DNA of 64,000 nt, taken from Bacteroidales bacterium. Its GTDB lineage: Bacteria > Bacteroidota > Bacteroidia > Bacteroidales > GCA-2711565. A program made the position numbers and the translations under genes. Shown here piece after piece: positions 1 through 9,524 of this stretch. The notes below the pieces were generated by a model. The model saw nothing but the letters and a program-made list of their open reading frames with translations. It was not told the origin of the DNA and searched no databases. The stretch's first letter is position 1. Every line of letters begins with the position of its first letter. Location of the stretch: positions 6,902-70,901 of the forward strand of contig JANQLW010000013.1 of NCBI GenBank assembly GCA_028280405.1, read 5' to 3'.

Positions 1-650
1 ATATCTTCTGCTACCAAAGATTCAAAGCCTTCATAAACTTTATCTGCAGCATTTTGATCACCTTTTAGCCTAACTAAAGAGAACTCCGTTTCAACCGCTC
101 CCGGAGCTATCTGGCTTACTTTAATACCATGTTCCAGTAAATCAATCCTCATACCCTTGGTTAATGCATCAACTGCATGCTTGGTTGCACAATAAACATT
201 TCCTTTAGGGTAGACTTCCTTACCGGCTATAGATCCGATATTAATGATATGGCCCTCTTTATTTTCTATCATGAAAGGAATGATTTCTTTAGAGATATAA
301 AGAAGTCCTTTCAGATTAGTATCTATCATCTGTTCCCAATCTGAAAGATCAGCAGTTTGAATAAAATCAAGCCCGGCAGCTAATCCGGCATTGTTTACCA
401 AAACGTTTATTTTTTTCCAATCTTCAGGTAAAGAAGCAACTGCACTTACAACCTCATCATGTTTCCTGATGTCAAAGCATAAACTAAAAATCTTAACATT
501 ATATTCTTCTTCAAGTTTAACTTTAATTTTATGAAGGCGATCTTCTCTTCTTCCGGTGAGGATCAGATTATAATTATTTTGAGCAAATTTAAAGGCACAG
601 GCTTTACCTATACCGCTGGTTGCTCCGGTAATCAATGCTATTCTATTCAT
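1..650 (-). CDS. SDR family NAD(P)-dependent oxidoreductase (YdfG-like); 3' end runs off the window
   Basis: Not in the ORF track. Reverse strand from ATG at 650 reads MNRIALITGATSGIGKA, with later NNAG and YPKGNVYCATK (YxxxK) motifs. Starts 12 nt after the TonB receptor stop. Confidence 0.9.
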   Translation of the reverse strand, partial: MNRIALITGATSGIGKACAFKFAQNNYNLILTGRREDRLHKIKVKLEEEYNVKIFSLCFDIRKHDEVVSAVASLPEDWKKINVLVNNAGLAAGLDFIQTADLSDWEQMIDTNLKGLLYISKEIIPFMIENKEGHIINIGSIAGKEVYPKGNVYCATKHAVDALTKGMRIDLLEHGIKVSQIAPGAVETEFSLVRLKGDQNAADKVYEGFESLVAED

Positions 651-662
651 TGGTTAGTTGAA

Positions 663-2576
663 TTATAGATTTATATTATACGTAAATCCGGCACGAATCC
701 ATCTTCCCGGCATCACGACATTACCGATATCAAAATAAGATTCGTCCAGTAAATTTGTTGCTTCCAAATATACGTTCCAATTTTTAATCTGCCAATTTAA
801 ACGGGTATCAATAATAAAGAAAGGGTCGTAAGCAACTTCCTGCCCTAATGCAAAATCTGCATAAGTACCTGCACGATCCTGGTAAATCATTTGCCAGTTC
901 AGACTTACATTTTTTACGATATTATGAGAAACATTTAAACCTAACTTATGTTTTAAATAATCAAGGGCATACTTAGAAATAAAGTCTCCACTCGACTTCT
1001 TAACATCAATAAAAGCATAGCTTAAACGGAAACTGTTTATTGGTAAATTAGCATCTTTAAACATTTTCTTATTAGCGATAAAAGAAAATTCAACACCTCT
1101 TGTATCAAGCTCAGTAATATTTTTACTTTCCCATTTATCGGCAGTATTCAATTTTACCCAATCAATAATATTTTCACCATTACGGTTAAAATAAGCAGTT
1201 TCTAAAATAAAATTTTTGGCAAAATACTTAATTCCACCTTCTATCGTTACTGCTTCTTCTGGTTGAATATCAGGGTTTCCAATATTTGTAGGACCTACAT
1301 AATATAAATCGGTAAAAGTAGGAATACGGTATGATTTATTAACTGAGGCAAATAATTTAAAATCTTCAGTTAAATTGAAGCTAATATCAACTCCGGGGAA
1401 AACTTCCCAGTCAAATGCCGAGTTATAGTTAAGCATAGCACCGGTACTAATATTGAAAACATCTGAATAGTAAGCATGTTCTACGAAAAATGATAAATTA
1501 TCCCGGGAATCACTTTTTGTATAAAATAAATTATCTTCTCCTCCGATTTTTTTAGGTTTGTCCAGATCCAGGCCAAGTCTATTGCTATAAATTTTCTCGT
1601 TGCGGAAAGATGCGCCTAAAGCTGTTCTTCCTAATGAAGATATAAAGTTTAAATTACCTTCTATACCATAAACATGTGTTTGATGATAGTTATGAGTTGT
1701 ATACCAGGAAGCCGGATTGTCCCTGAACAATTCAAACCTGTCATTATGCTTTTTATAATAGCTTGAAAACTTATATTTTACTTTTTTTCCACCCTGATAT
1801 CTTGCAGAAATGAAATAAGTTCTCGTTGCTTCGTATTGATTAGGATATGCAGGAGTATAGAAACTATTTGCTCCAAAACCTTTATCCTGATAAGCAGCCT
1901 GAAAATCAAGTATACTGTTTTTAAATTTTAATGCCGCCTGATAATGTGCATTTCTGATTTCGTAATCTGTATTTTCGATGTAACCATCAGAAGCATTTCT
2001 GGAAACACTAAGGTTATTTGTAAAATTACCATCTGTTAATGTAGCTGAAACAGATTGAGAATTGATTTTATGCTCACCAAATGAAGCACCCACTTTAATT
2101 CTGTCTTCATCAGGTCTGGTTGTAATAATATTGATTGCACCACTGAAAGCATTTGGTCCGAAAATACGTGAAGCTGGACCTTCCAAAACTTCTATTCTTT
2201 CAATGCTACTTACATCAACAGGGATGTCCGCATTATGATGGCCTGTTTGTGGGTTATTAAAAGGAATTCCATTAATCAGGATTAACGTTTGATCAAAAGA
2301 ACCACCACGAATACTAATATCAGATTGAACACCATGATAACCTCTTTGACGAACATCTACGTTCATGGCATACTCTAATAAGTCGGCTACACTGTGAACA
2401 GGTGCCTGACGGATTTCCGCTTTGGTCAGCACATTAACAATTCTTGAACTTTGAGAATAAACGGCCGGAACTTTACTCGATTTGATTTTTATTTCATCAA
2501 TCCAAATGGTATCGTTTGTGGCGTTTGCGAATAAGAATGAACAAATTAGAAATAATGATAAGCTTAATTGTTTCAT
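663..2576 (-). CDS. TonB-dependent receptor (plug + beta-barrel)
   Basis: Signal peptide; plug motifs ISIRGGSFDQTLILING and IERIEVLEGPASRIFGPNAFSGAINIIT; C-terminal NLLDESY...PGRWIRAGFTY. Confidence 0.93.
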   Translation of the reverse strand: MKQLSLSLFLICSFLFANATNDTIWIDEIKIKSSKVPAVYSQSSRIVNVLTKAEIRQAPVHSVADLLEYAMNVDVRQRGYHGVQSDISIRGGSFDQTLILINGIPFNNPQTGHHNADIPVDVSSIERIEVLEGPASRIFGPNAFSGAINIITTRPDEDRIKVGASFGEHKINSQSVSATLTDGNFTNNLSVSRNASDGYIENTDYEIRNAHYQAALKFKNSILDFQAAYQDKGFGANSFYTPAYPNQYEATRTYFISARYQGGKKVKYKFSSYYKKHNDRFELFRDNPASWYTTHNYHQTHVYGIEGNLNFISSLGRTALGASFRNEKIYSNRLGLDLDKPKKIGGEDNLFYTKSDSRDNLSFFVEHAYYSDVFNISTGAMLNYNSAFDWEVFPGVDISFNLTEDFKLFASVNKSYRIPTFTDLYYVGPTNIGNPDIQPEEAVTIEGGIKYFAKNFILETAYFNRNGENIIDWVKLNTADKWESKNITELDTRGVEFSFIANKKMFKDANLPINSFRLSYAFIDVKKSSGDFISKYALDYLKHKLGLNVSHNIVKNVSLNWQMIYQDRAGTYADFALGQEVAYDPFFIIDTRLNWQIKNWNVYLEATNLLDESYFDIGNVVMPGRWIRAGFTYNINL

Positions 2577-2611
2577 GTTTTTAGTTTTATATTTATTTTT
2601 TGTTTTATTAT

Positions 2612-2998
2612 TTAGGACATAAAAAAAGTCTGCTTTCTACAATTTGTAAAAAACAGACTTTGAATATGCCGTATAAAATTTTTAAACAGACTATTTTCCT
2701 GTGACGAGATAACTGAATTAAGATTAAAAACAGAAAGGGCTAAAATCACAAAGAATGATAATTGCAGCATGCTTTGATCCGCAATATTTACCTCGCTTTC
2801 GTCATCTTCAGAATCCTCCGTATTTTTTGAAATGGTAATGATATCAACCAAACCTTTAAGCAGCGTTTGCTGACAAATGCCGGCTTTAAGCACCCCAATT
2901 TTAACCTGTTTCCCCAGGGAAGCAAAAATAGCATAATTCTTCCTGCTCCATTTAGAGAAAACCAGTTGTTCGGACGATATATAGTTTCGTTGATTCAT
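2612..2998 (-). CDS. Small hypothetical protein, candidate leader peptide of the TonB receptor operon
   Basis: 128-aa ORF with N-terminal FSKWSRKNYAIFASLGKQVKIGVL motif; ATG lies 8 nt after a TACTTTTG promoter element; stop is 35 nt before the receptor ATG. Confidence 0.65.
   Translation of the reverse strand: MNQRNYISSEQLVFSKWSRKNYAIFASLGKQVKIGVLKAGICQQTLLKGLVDIITISKNTEDSEDDESEVNIADQSMLQLSFFVILALSVFNLNSVISSQENSLFKNFIRHIQSLFFTNCRKQTFFMS
2621..2660 (-). terminator. Intrinsic terminator or attenuator hairpin inside the 3' end of the leader ORF
   Basis: Minus strand AAGUCUGUUUUUUACA-aau-UGUAGAAAGCAGACUU forms a 16-bp stem with 2 G-U pairs and runs into a U7 tract. Confidence 0.75.
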
Positions 2999-3006
2999 TT
3001 AAGGTG

Positions 3007-3014
3007 CAAAAGTA
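3007..3014 (-). promoter_or_regulatory. Bacteroidota primary-sigma -7 element (TAnnTTTG)
   Basis: Minus strand TACTTTTG, 8 nt before the ATG at 2998. Confidence 0.65.
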
Positions 3015-3029
3015 AAAATTCTTTTTTAG

Positions 3030-6000
3030 CTAGGCTTGATTCTTTATCCATTCTCTGGCATTCACAAATGCTTCTACCCAAGGAGTAATCTCATCGTTTT
3101 TACGCTCTTTCGGATATTCAGGCCATTGCCATGGCATGAAAGCACGTTCCAGGTGAGGCATCATTACTAAATGACGCCCGTCGTCAGAACACATTCCTGC
3201 CACATTGTAATCCGATCCGTTCGGATTTGCCGGATATCCTTTATAAGCATACTTCATAACTATATTATAAGTGTCTTCACTATAAGGAAGGCTGTATTTC
3301 CCCTCACCATGAGCTACATGGATACCTAATTTCGACCCTGCTAATGTTTTTAACATGATCGAATTATTTTCCGGAATATCAACACCTAAAAAATTAGCTT
3401 CGAATTTATGTGAATCATTATGTAACATTTGAGGCTTTTCTTTATGATCCGCATGAACCAGATTCAATTCCATCATTAGCTGACAACCATTACAAACACC
3501 CAAGCTCATTGTATCTTTACGAGCATAGAAGTTTTCAAGTGCCGTTCTTGCTTTTTCATTATACAAGAAGGCTCCGGCCCAACCTTTAGCTGACCCCAAA
3601 ACATCCGAATTTGAAAATCCGCCTACAAAAACGATAAAGTTCACATCCTCTAAGTTTTCCCTTCCAGAAATTAAATCAGTCATATGAACATCTTTTACAT
3701 CGAAACCCGAAAGATGCATAACATATGCCATTTCACGGTCTCCATTCACACCTTTTTCGCGGATGATTGCGGCCCTTATTCCCGTTTTCTCTTTTCTACT
3801 TAATTCAATATTGTATTGATTTGCCTTACCCGTAAAGTTTACTGGGAATAAAAAATTCAATTCATGGTTTTTATAGTTTTTAAAACGCTCTAATGCTAAT
3901 GCTTCGCCGCATTGCTTACGATCGAATAAATAAGAAGTTTTAAACCATAAATCCCTTAATTGATTTACATCCAATGTAAAATGATTATCATAATGTTTGA
4001 TCGCAACAGTTCTGTTTACTGTTGGCTGTCCAATTGAATGGTAAGTTATATTGTTTGCGCTTAAAATTTCTTTTACTTTTTCAGATGCTTTAACCTGAAT
4101 AATAATACCCGGGTTTTCACTGAAAAATAATTTTGCAGTATCTTTTTCTTTAACAGAAGAAAGATCCACATTTAATCCAAGGTCATTTCTTCCAAAGGTC
4201 ATTTCCAATAATGCTGTAATCATACCTCCGGCAGAAATATCATGGCCGGCAAGTATCAATTCTTTCCGGATCAAATCCTGAATAGTATTAAATGCATTTA
4301 CAAAATACGGAGTATCAGTAACAGCTGGAGTTTCTGCTCCCAATGCATTAACCAATTGGGCAAAACTACTTCCTCCTAATTTATATTCATCATTTGATAA
4401 GTCGATATAAAGAAGTTCTGTTTTTGTATCATTATCCAATACAGGGCTAACAACTTTACGAATATCATCTACCTCTCCTACTGCAGAAATAATTACTGTA
4501 CCCGGTGCATATACAATATCACCATTTGAATATTTCTGAGTCATCGATAATGAATCTTTACCTGTCGGAATATTAATCCCTAAATCACATGCAAAGTTAC
4601 TTACAGCTTCAACCGCATCATATAAACGAGCATCTTCGCCTTGATTTTTAGCAGGCCACATCCAGTTTGCACTTAATGATACACCTTTAATATCATCCTG
4701 CATTGGAGCCCATACAATATTAGTTAAAGATTCAGCAATTGAAAGTACTGATCCTTTAACCGGGTCAACCATTGCTGCAACCGGTGCATGGCCAATCGCA
4801 TTTGCAATACCTTTTTTACCTTGATAATCCAAAGCAACAACTCCCAGATTATTTAAAGGCACCTGGATTGTCCCGGCACATTGCTGTATGGCTACTCTAC
4901 CGGTAACGGAACGGTCAACTTTATTTGTTAACCAATCTTTACAAGCAACTGCTTCCAATTGCAATAAATCTTCTATATAGGACTGAATTTTTGACCGGTC
5001 ATACTGAACAGCTTTAAAACCATTTTCCTTTTTCTTATCTCTAAGTATTGTTTTGGGAGGTTTTCCAAACAGATATTGAAGGTTCAAATCTATAGGATTA
5101 CCTTTTCCCCCTTCAAAAACAAAATGTTCATCATTACGAACTTTACCAACAGCATAAATTGGAGACCTTTCACGTTCAGCAATTTTATTTAAAAGGTCAA
5201 AATCCTTTCCTTTCATCACAAGCCCCATTCGTTCTTGTGATTCATTTCCGATAATTTCTTTCGCTGACAAGGTTGGGTCACCGACAGGTAATTTTGAAAG
5301 GTCAATAGTTCCTCCGTTATCTTCAACAAGTTCAGATAAACTATTTAAATGTCCTCCGGCACCATGATCATGAATAGAAACGATGGTATTTTCATCAGAT
5401 TCAACAATACCGCGAATAGCATTTAATACTCTTTTTTGCATTTCAGGATTTGCACGCTGAACGGCATTTAATTCGATAGCATTTCCATATTCACCGGTAG
5501 CCACAGAGGAAACAGCACCTCCTCCCATACCAATACGATAATTATCGCCTCCAAGAACCACAATAATATCACCTTCTTCAGGTTGTGCTTTCAAGCTATC
5601 TGCTTTTTTACCAAAACCAATACCACCGGCAAGCATAATTACTTTATCATAACCAAATTTCTTATCATTTTCAAAATGCTCGAAGGTTAGTAAACTACCG
5701 TTAATCAAAGGCTGTCCAAATTTATTTCCGAAATCACTGGCTCCATTTGAAGCTTTAATCAGAATATCTTCAGGAGATTGATATAACCAGGGGCGTTCAT
5801 CAGTTTTTTGTTCCCAGCTTCTGTTTTCTTCCAATCTCGGATAAGAAGTCATATATACTGCAGTACCGGCAATTGGCAAACTACCTTTACCTCCTGCCAT
5901 ACGGTCACGGATTTCGCCACCGGTTCCGGTTGAAGCACCATTGAATGGCTCAACGGTAGTAGGGAAATTATGAGTTTCGGCTTTGAGCGAAATAACAGTA

Positions 6001-6725
6001 TCTATTTCTTTAATCTCAAAAAAGTCCGGCTTATCCTGAGATGTAGGAGCAAACTGCTCAACTTTAGGTCCTAAAATAAAAGCAACATTATCTTTATATG
6101 CCGAAACCAAGCGGTTAGGATTTTCTTTGGAAGTTTTTTTGATCAATGCAAAAAGAGTGTCGGTTTTCTCTTTTCCATCAATAATGAAAGTTCCATTAAA
6201 AATTTTATGACGGCAGTGCTCTGAGTTAACCTGAGCAAATCCATAAACTTCTCCGTCAGTAAGTTTACGGTCAATTTTTTCACTTACTTCTTCCAGGTAA
6301 GAAATTTCATCCTGACTTAAAGCCAAACCTTCAGTTTCATTATACTCCGCAATATTTTCAATTGAAATGATCGGGTCGGGTTCTTTTTCTATCGTAAAAA
6401 TATTTTGATCAAGATTTTTATAAAGTGCCTGAAGCATTGGATCATATTTAGCTTCGGCATTATTTTGTTTATGGAATTCTTCTATACGTTCAATACCCTC
6501 AATACCCATATTTTGGGTAATCTCAACAGCATTTGTACTCCAGGGAGTAATCATCTCTTTACGTGGCCCGATAAAGTAACCTTCAACTTCCAGCTTATTC
6601 AAATAACCGGCTCCACCAAATAACCAACTAAGTTTTTCCTGATTTTCAGTATTAATTTCTACTGAGGAATTTACTGCAAAATAAACTCCATTTTTCCCTT
6701 GATAGTAAAGAATCGTTTTTTCCAT
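3030..6725 (-). CDS. purL: Phosphoribosylformylglycinamidine synthase (large type)
   Basis: NSEHCRHKIFN, KAETHNFPT, IHDHGAGG; glutaminase domain LGVCNGCQ and MMPHLER. Confidence 0.98.
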   Translation of the reverse strand: MEKTILYYQGKNGVYFAVNSSVEINTENQEKLSWLFGGAGYLNKLEVEGYFIGPRKEMITPWSTNAVEITQNMGIEGIERIEEFHKQNNAEAKYDPMLQALYKNLDQNIFTIEKEPDPIISIENIAEYNETEGLALSQDEISYLEEVSEKIDRKLTDGEVYGFAQVNSEHCRHKIFNGTFIIDGKEKTDTLFALIKKTSKENPNRLVSAYKDNVAFILGPKVEQFAPTSQDKPDFFEIKEIDTVISLKAETHNFPTTVEPFNGASTGTGGEIRDRMAGGKGSLPIAGTAVYMTSYPRLEENRSWEQKTDERPWLYQSPEDILIKASNGASDFGNKFGQPLINGSLLTFEHFENDKKFGYDKVIMLAGGIGFGKKADSLKAQPEEGDIIVVLGGDNYRIGMGGGAVSSVATGEYGNAIELNAVQRANPEMQKRVLNAIRGIVESDENTIVSIHDHGAGGHLNSLSELVEDNGGTIDLSKLPVGDPTLSAKEIIGNESQERMGLVMKGKDFDLLNKIAERERSPIYAVGKVRNDEHFVFEGGKGNPIDLNLQYLFGKPPKTILRDKKKENGFKAVQYDRSKIQSYIEDLLQLEAVACKDWLTNKVDRSVTGRVAIQQCAGTIQVPLNNLGVVALDYQGKKGIANAIGHAPVAAMVDPVKGSVLSIAESLTNIVWAPMQDDIKGVSLSANWMWPAKNQGEDARLYDAVEAVSNFACDLGINIPTGKDSLSMTQKYSNGDIVYAPGTVIISAVGEVDDIRKVVSPVLDNDTKTELLYIDLSNDEYKLGGSSFAQLVNALGAETPAVTDTPYFVNAFNTIQDLIRKELILAGHDISAGGMITALLEMTFGRNDLGLNVDLSSVKEKDTAKLFFSENPGIIIQVKASEKVKEILSANNITYHSIGQPTVNRTVAIKHYDNHFTLDVNQLRDLWFKTSYLFDRKQCGEALALERFKNYKNHELNFLFPVNFTGKANQYNIELSRKEKTGIRAAIIREKGVNGDREMAYVMHLSGFDVKDVHMTDLISGRENLEDVNFIVFVGGFSNSDVLGSAKGWAGAFLYNEKARTALENFYARKDTMSLGVCNGCQLMMELNLVHADHKEKPQMLHNDSHKFEANFLGVDIPENNSIMLKTLAGSKLGIHVAHGEGKYSLPYSEDTYNIVMKYAYKGYPANPNGSDYNVAGMCSDDGRHLVMMPHLERAFMPWQWPEYPKERKNDEITPWVEAFVNAREWIKNQA

Positions 6726-6760
6726 TTTTCCCGTTTGAGAGCTGATTTAAAATTTTGCTG

Positions 6761-6768
6761 CAAAGATA
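6761..6768 (-). promoter_or_regulatory. -7 promoter element upstream of purL
   Basis: Minus strand TATCTTTG about 35 nt upstream of the start codon. Confidence 0.55.
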
Positions 6769-6854
6769 TAAAATGATAAGCAGATAAATGAGTCTAAATT
6801 AAGTTACAGGCAAAATATTATATCACTCTGTTTATTAAGCTAAATTGTGTTATT

Positions 6855-7775
6855 CTATTTAAAATCTTCAGATGAGACACCAAAACATTCATCCCTGTTT
6901 TCTGTACCCAAAGGTTCTACATGAATCAAAATATCATAAACGTTTCCCAGATCTTTTCTTATCTGAGCATCTAGTTTATGTGCCACATCATGGGCATCTT
7001 TTACACTCATTTCAGCATCTACTTCAATATCCATGGCTATCAGATAAGTATTGTTAATTTGACGGATCCGAACATGATGAGGGTTATGAATTTCTTCAAT
7101 TTTTTCTACAATAGAGAATACTTCTTTATAAACATTTGTATCCTCAACGCCATCCATTAATTCAACATTTGTTTGCATAAAGATTTTGAATGCCACATAC
7201 ATGATCCATCCACTCACACCCAATGCAATAATGGTATCAAGAATTGGAAGTTCAAACACAAAGGTAAATATTAATCCTGCCAGTACTGAAAGTGAAATAA
7301 TCACATCATTTTGCATATTTTTAGCATTTGCGATCAGCATGGAACTATTGACCTTTTTGCCTACTTTAAATTGATACAAAGCCAGTCCTAACTTTCCGGC
7401 AATAGAAATAACAGTAACATAAATTGCAATTTCGGATGGCATAGTTGAAACTTTATTTTCAATAAGTTTCACGAAAGTGGAAATAGCCAATTGTGCCCCT
7501 GCAAAAAAGATAATGAAGGATAAAACTTTTGTAGCAATGGTATCAGCTTTTTCATAACCATAAGGATGTCTCATATCAGGCGGGCGATTCATGATTCGGG
7601 CTGTTATTAAAGTTATCACTGAAGTCACGATATCACTGGCCGAATCTATACCATCTGCAACCACTGCCAAACTACCGGAAATAAGTCCGAACACAATTTT
7701 CAATACGGATAGGATGGCATTTCCAATTATGCTGATCCAACTTGCTTTTTTTATGGTTTTATTTTTCGATTGCAT
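6855..7775 (-). CDS. Cation diffusion facilitator family transporter (FieF-like)
   Basis: SLAVVADGIDSASD, HPYGYEKAD, about 6 TM segments, C-terminal IHVEP. Confidence 0.93.
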   Translation of the reverse strand: MQSKNKTIKKASWISIIGNAILSVLKIVFGLISGSLAVVADGIDSASDIVTSVITLITARIMNRPPDMRHPYGYEKADTIATKVLSFIIFFAGAQLAISTFVKLIENKVSTMPSEIAIYVTVISIAGKLGLALYQFKVGKKVNSSMLIANAKNMQNDVIISLSVLAGLIFTFVFELPILDTIIALGVSGWIMYVAFKIFMQTNVELMDGVEDTNVYKEVFSIVEKIEEIHNPHHVRIRQINNTYLIAMDIEVDAEMSVKDAHDVAHKLDAQIRKDLGNVYDILIHVEPLGTENRDECFGVSSEDFK

Positions 7776-7793
7776 TGGGCAAAATTACAAATT

Positions 7794-7831
7794 TTTCAGG
7801 GGCGACGCCCCTCGGGGCGTCGCCCCTGAAA
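7794..7831. repeat. GC-rich perfect 18-bp inverted repeat (REP-like)
   Basis: TTTCAGGGGCGACGCCCC-tc-GGGGCGTCGCCCCTGAAA; each arm is itself near-palindromic. Confidence 0.8.
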
Positions 7832-7835
7832 GCCT

Positions 7836-7868
7836 AAAAAAAATCCCCTCGCTTCAGGCGAGGGGATT
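7836..7868 (-). terminator. Intrinsic terminator of trxB
   Basis: Minus strand AATCCCCTCGC-ctgaa-GCGAGGGGATT followed by a U-run, just after the trxB stop. Confidence 0.85.
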
Positions 7869-7875
7869 CTCAATA

Positions 7876-8823
7876 TTAGTGTGATAAAAATCTTTCTGCT
7901 TCGATGGCTGCCATACAGCCTGTACCCGCCGCAGTAACAGCCTGGCGGAACACATGATCTTGAACATCACCACAGGCATAAACCCCCTCAATATTCGTTT
8001 GGGTAGAATTGTCTTTGGTAATGATATAACCGTTCTCATCAAGATCCAAGTAATCTTTAAAAAGATCTGTGCTAGGCGTGTGTCCGATAGCAACAAAAAA
8101 ACCTTCTACTTTAATTTCTTTCTCTTCACCGGTCTTAACATTAGTTAAAACAGCACCTGTAACAGCTTTGGAAAAACCTTCTGTTTTACCAGTAATTTCT
8201 TTAGTTGTATGATCCCAAAGAATTTCAATGTTTTTAGTATTAAAAACTTTTTTTTGCATCGCTTTAGATGCTCTTAATTCATCACGGCGATGAATCAAAT
8301 AAACTTTATTACAAAGTTTAGCAAGATAAGTAGATTCTTCAGCAGCAGTATCACCACCACCAACAACAGCTACATCTTTTCCTTTATAGAAAAATCCGTC
8401 ACAAGTTGCACATGCAGAAACACCATAACCATTAAACTCCGATTCTGATTCCAATCCCATCCATTTTGCAGTAGCTCCTGTAGCAATAATAACAGTTTCA
8501 GCTACAATAGTTTTTCCATCATCGGCTTTTACTTTAAACGGGCGTTCAGAAAAATCAACTTCAGTAATCATTCCAAAACGAACATCAGCATCGAAACGGA
8601 TTGCTTGTTTTTTCATATCCTCCATCATTTCAGGACCTTGAGTTCCTTCAGGGTAACCCGGGAAATTTTCAACTTCGGTAGTGGTGGTTAACTGTCCACC
8701 TGGCTGTAAGCCTTCATAAACAACTGGTTTTAAATCAGCACGTGCGGCATAAATTGCAGCTGTGTATCCTGCAGGACCTGATCCGATGATCAGACATTGT
8801 ACGTTTTCTATATTTTCACTCAT
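7876..8823 (-). CDS. trxB: Thioredoxin-disulfide reductase
   Basis: IIGSGPAG, CATCDG active site, VVGGGDTA, GDVQD..RQA. Confidence 0.97.
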   Translation of the reverse strand: MSENIENVQCLIIGSGPAGYTAAIYAARADLKPVVYEGLQPGGQLTTTTEVENFPGYPEGTQGPEMMEDMKKQAIRFDADVRFGMITEVDFSERPFKVKADDGKTIVAETVIIATGATAKWMGLESESEFNGYGVSACATCDGFFYKGKDVAVVGGGDTAAEESTYLAKLCNKVYLIHRRDELRASKAMQKKVFNTKNIEILWDHTTKEITGKTEGFSKAVTGAVLTNVKTGEEKEIKVEGFFVAIGHTPSTDLFKDYLDLDENGYIITKDNSTQTNIEGVYACGDVQDHVFRQAVTAAGTGCMAAIEAERFLSH

Positions 8824-9036
8824 TCCTGTAATAGTTTTATAATCGTTTTTTCAATTGCCCTTATCGGTTTTAGAATCAATATAGAGCTTCTAATTTGCAT
8901 CTGCAAAATTATAAAAAAGCGTTGACATATTGAAAAAAGTGAATGTGAAATTCTGTTAATTGATAATAATTTTTACGAATTATCAAATAAGGTAATTTAC
9001 AGATATCAAAAGGAAGATTTATTTCGCATTATAGTT

Positions 9037-9429
9037 TTATGATGTTGACACCATTATCTCATTGCGCCGGGCAATCAAAAATTCTTCAGTGATTTCGAAG
9101 ATTTCCAAAGGTTTTATATTCACATCATCAATTAATTTACCGTAAAAACTTAACACATGCTGATTCCAACAGTCAATTTTCACCGGAGTTTGTTCATTTA
9201 ATTTTAAGAATTCCGTTAATTCTTCATCATTCTTAAATACATATTGGCAAATCTTCTTAACCCTGGTAAAACAGGCAACACGTTTTTCAAAGTTAAGTGT
9301 TGAACTACTCACAAGTGGTTTCAAATCGTGAAAATGTAAAAACTCAGAATGTGGAGCGTTAGCAATCGGATTAAATTTTACCTTTTTTTCGTTTTCAGGG
9401 TGAAAATCAGATAATCGGTTCCTTCCCAT
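9037..9429 (-). CDS. Hypothetical protein
   Basis: 130-aa ORF filling an intergenic gap; no recognisable motif. Confidence 0.6.
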   Translation of the reverse strand: MGRNRLSDFHPENEKKVKFNPIANAPHSEFLHFHDLKPLVSSSTLNFEKRVACFTRVKKICQYVFKNDEELTEFLKLNEQTPVKIDCWNQHVLSFYGKLIDDVNIKPLEIFEITEEFLIARRNEIMVSTS

Positions 9430-9524
9430 ATCAGTACAGCTATTTAATTTAGGTATTTATTATAAATTCCAATATTACTAAAAAAGTAACCTCTCCATAT
9501 TAAAAGAAAGTTAATTTTTTTGTA

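Noticed and set aside
2577-3029. Cobalamin or TPP riboswitch upstream of the BtuB-like receptor
   Set aside because: No B12-box (GGGAA..GCCACTG) or TPP (CTGAGA) core seen by eye; the space holds an ORF and a terminator. A cmscan would be needed to exclude rarer riboswitches.
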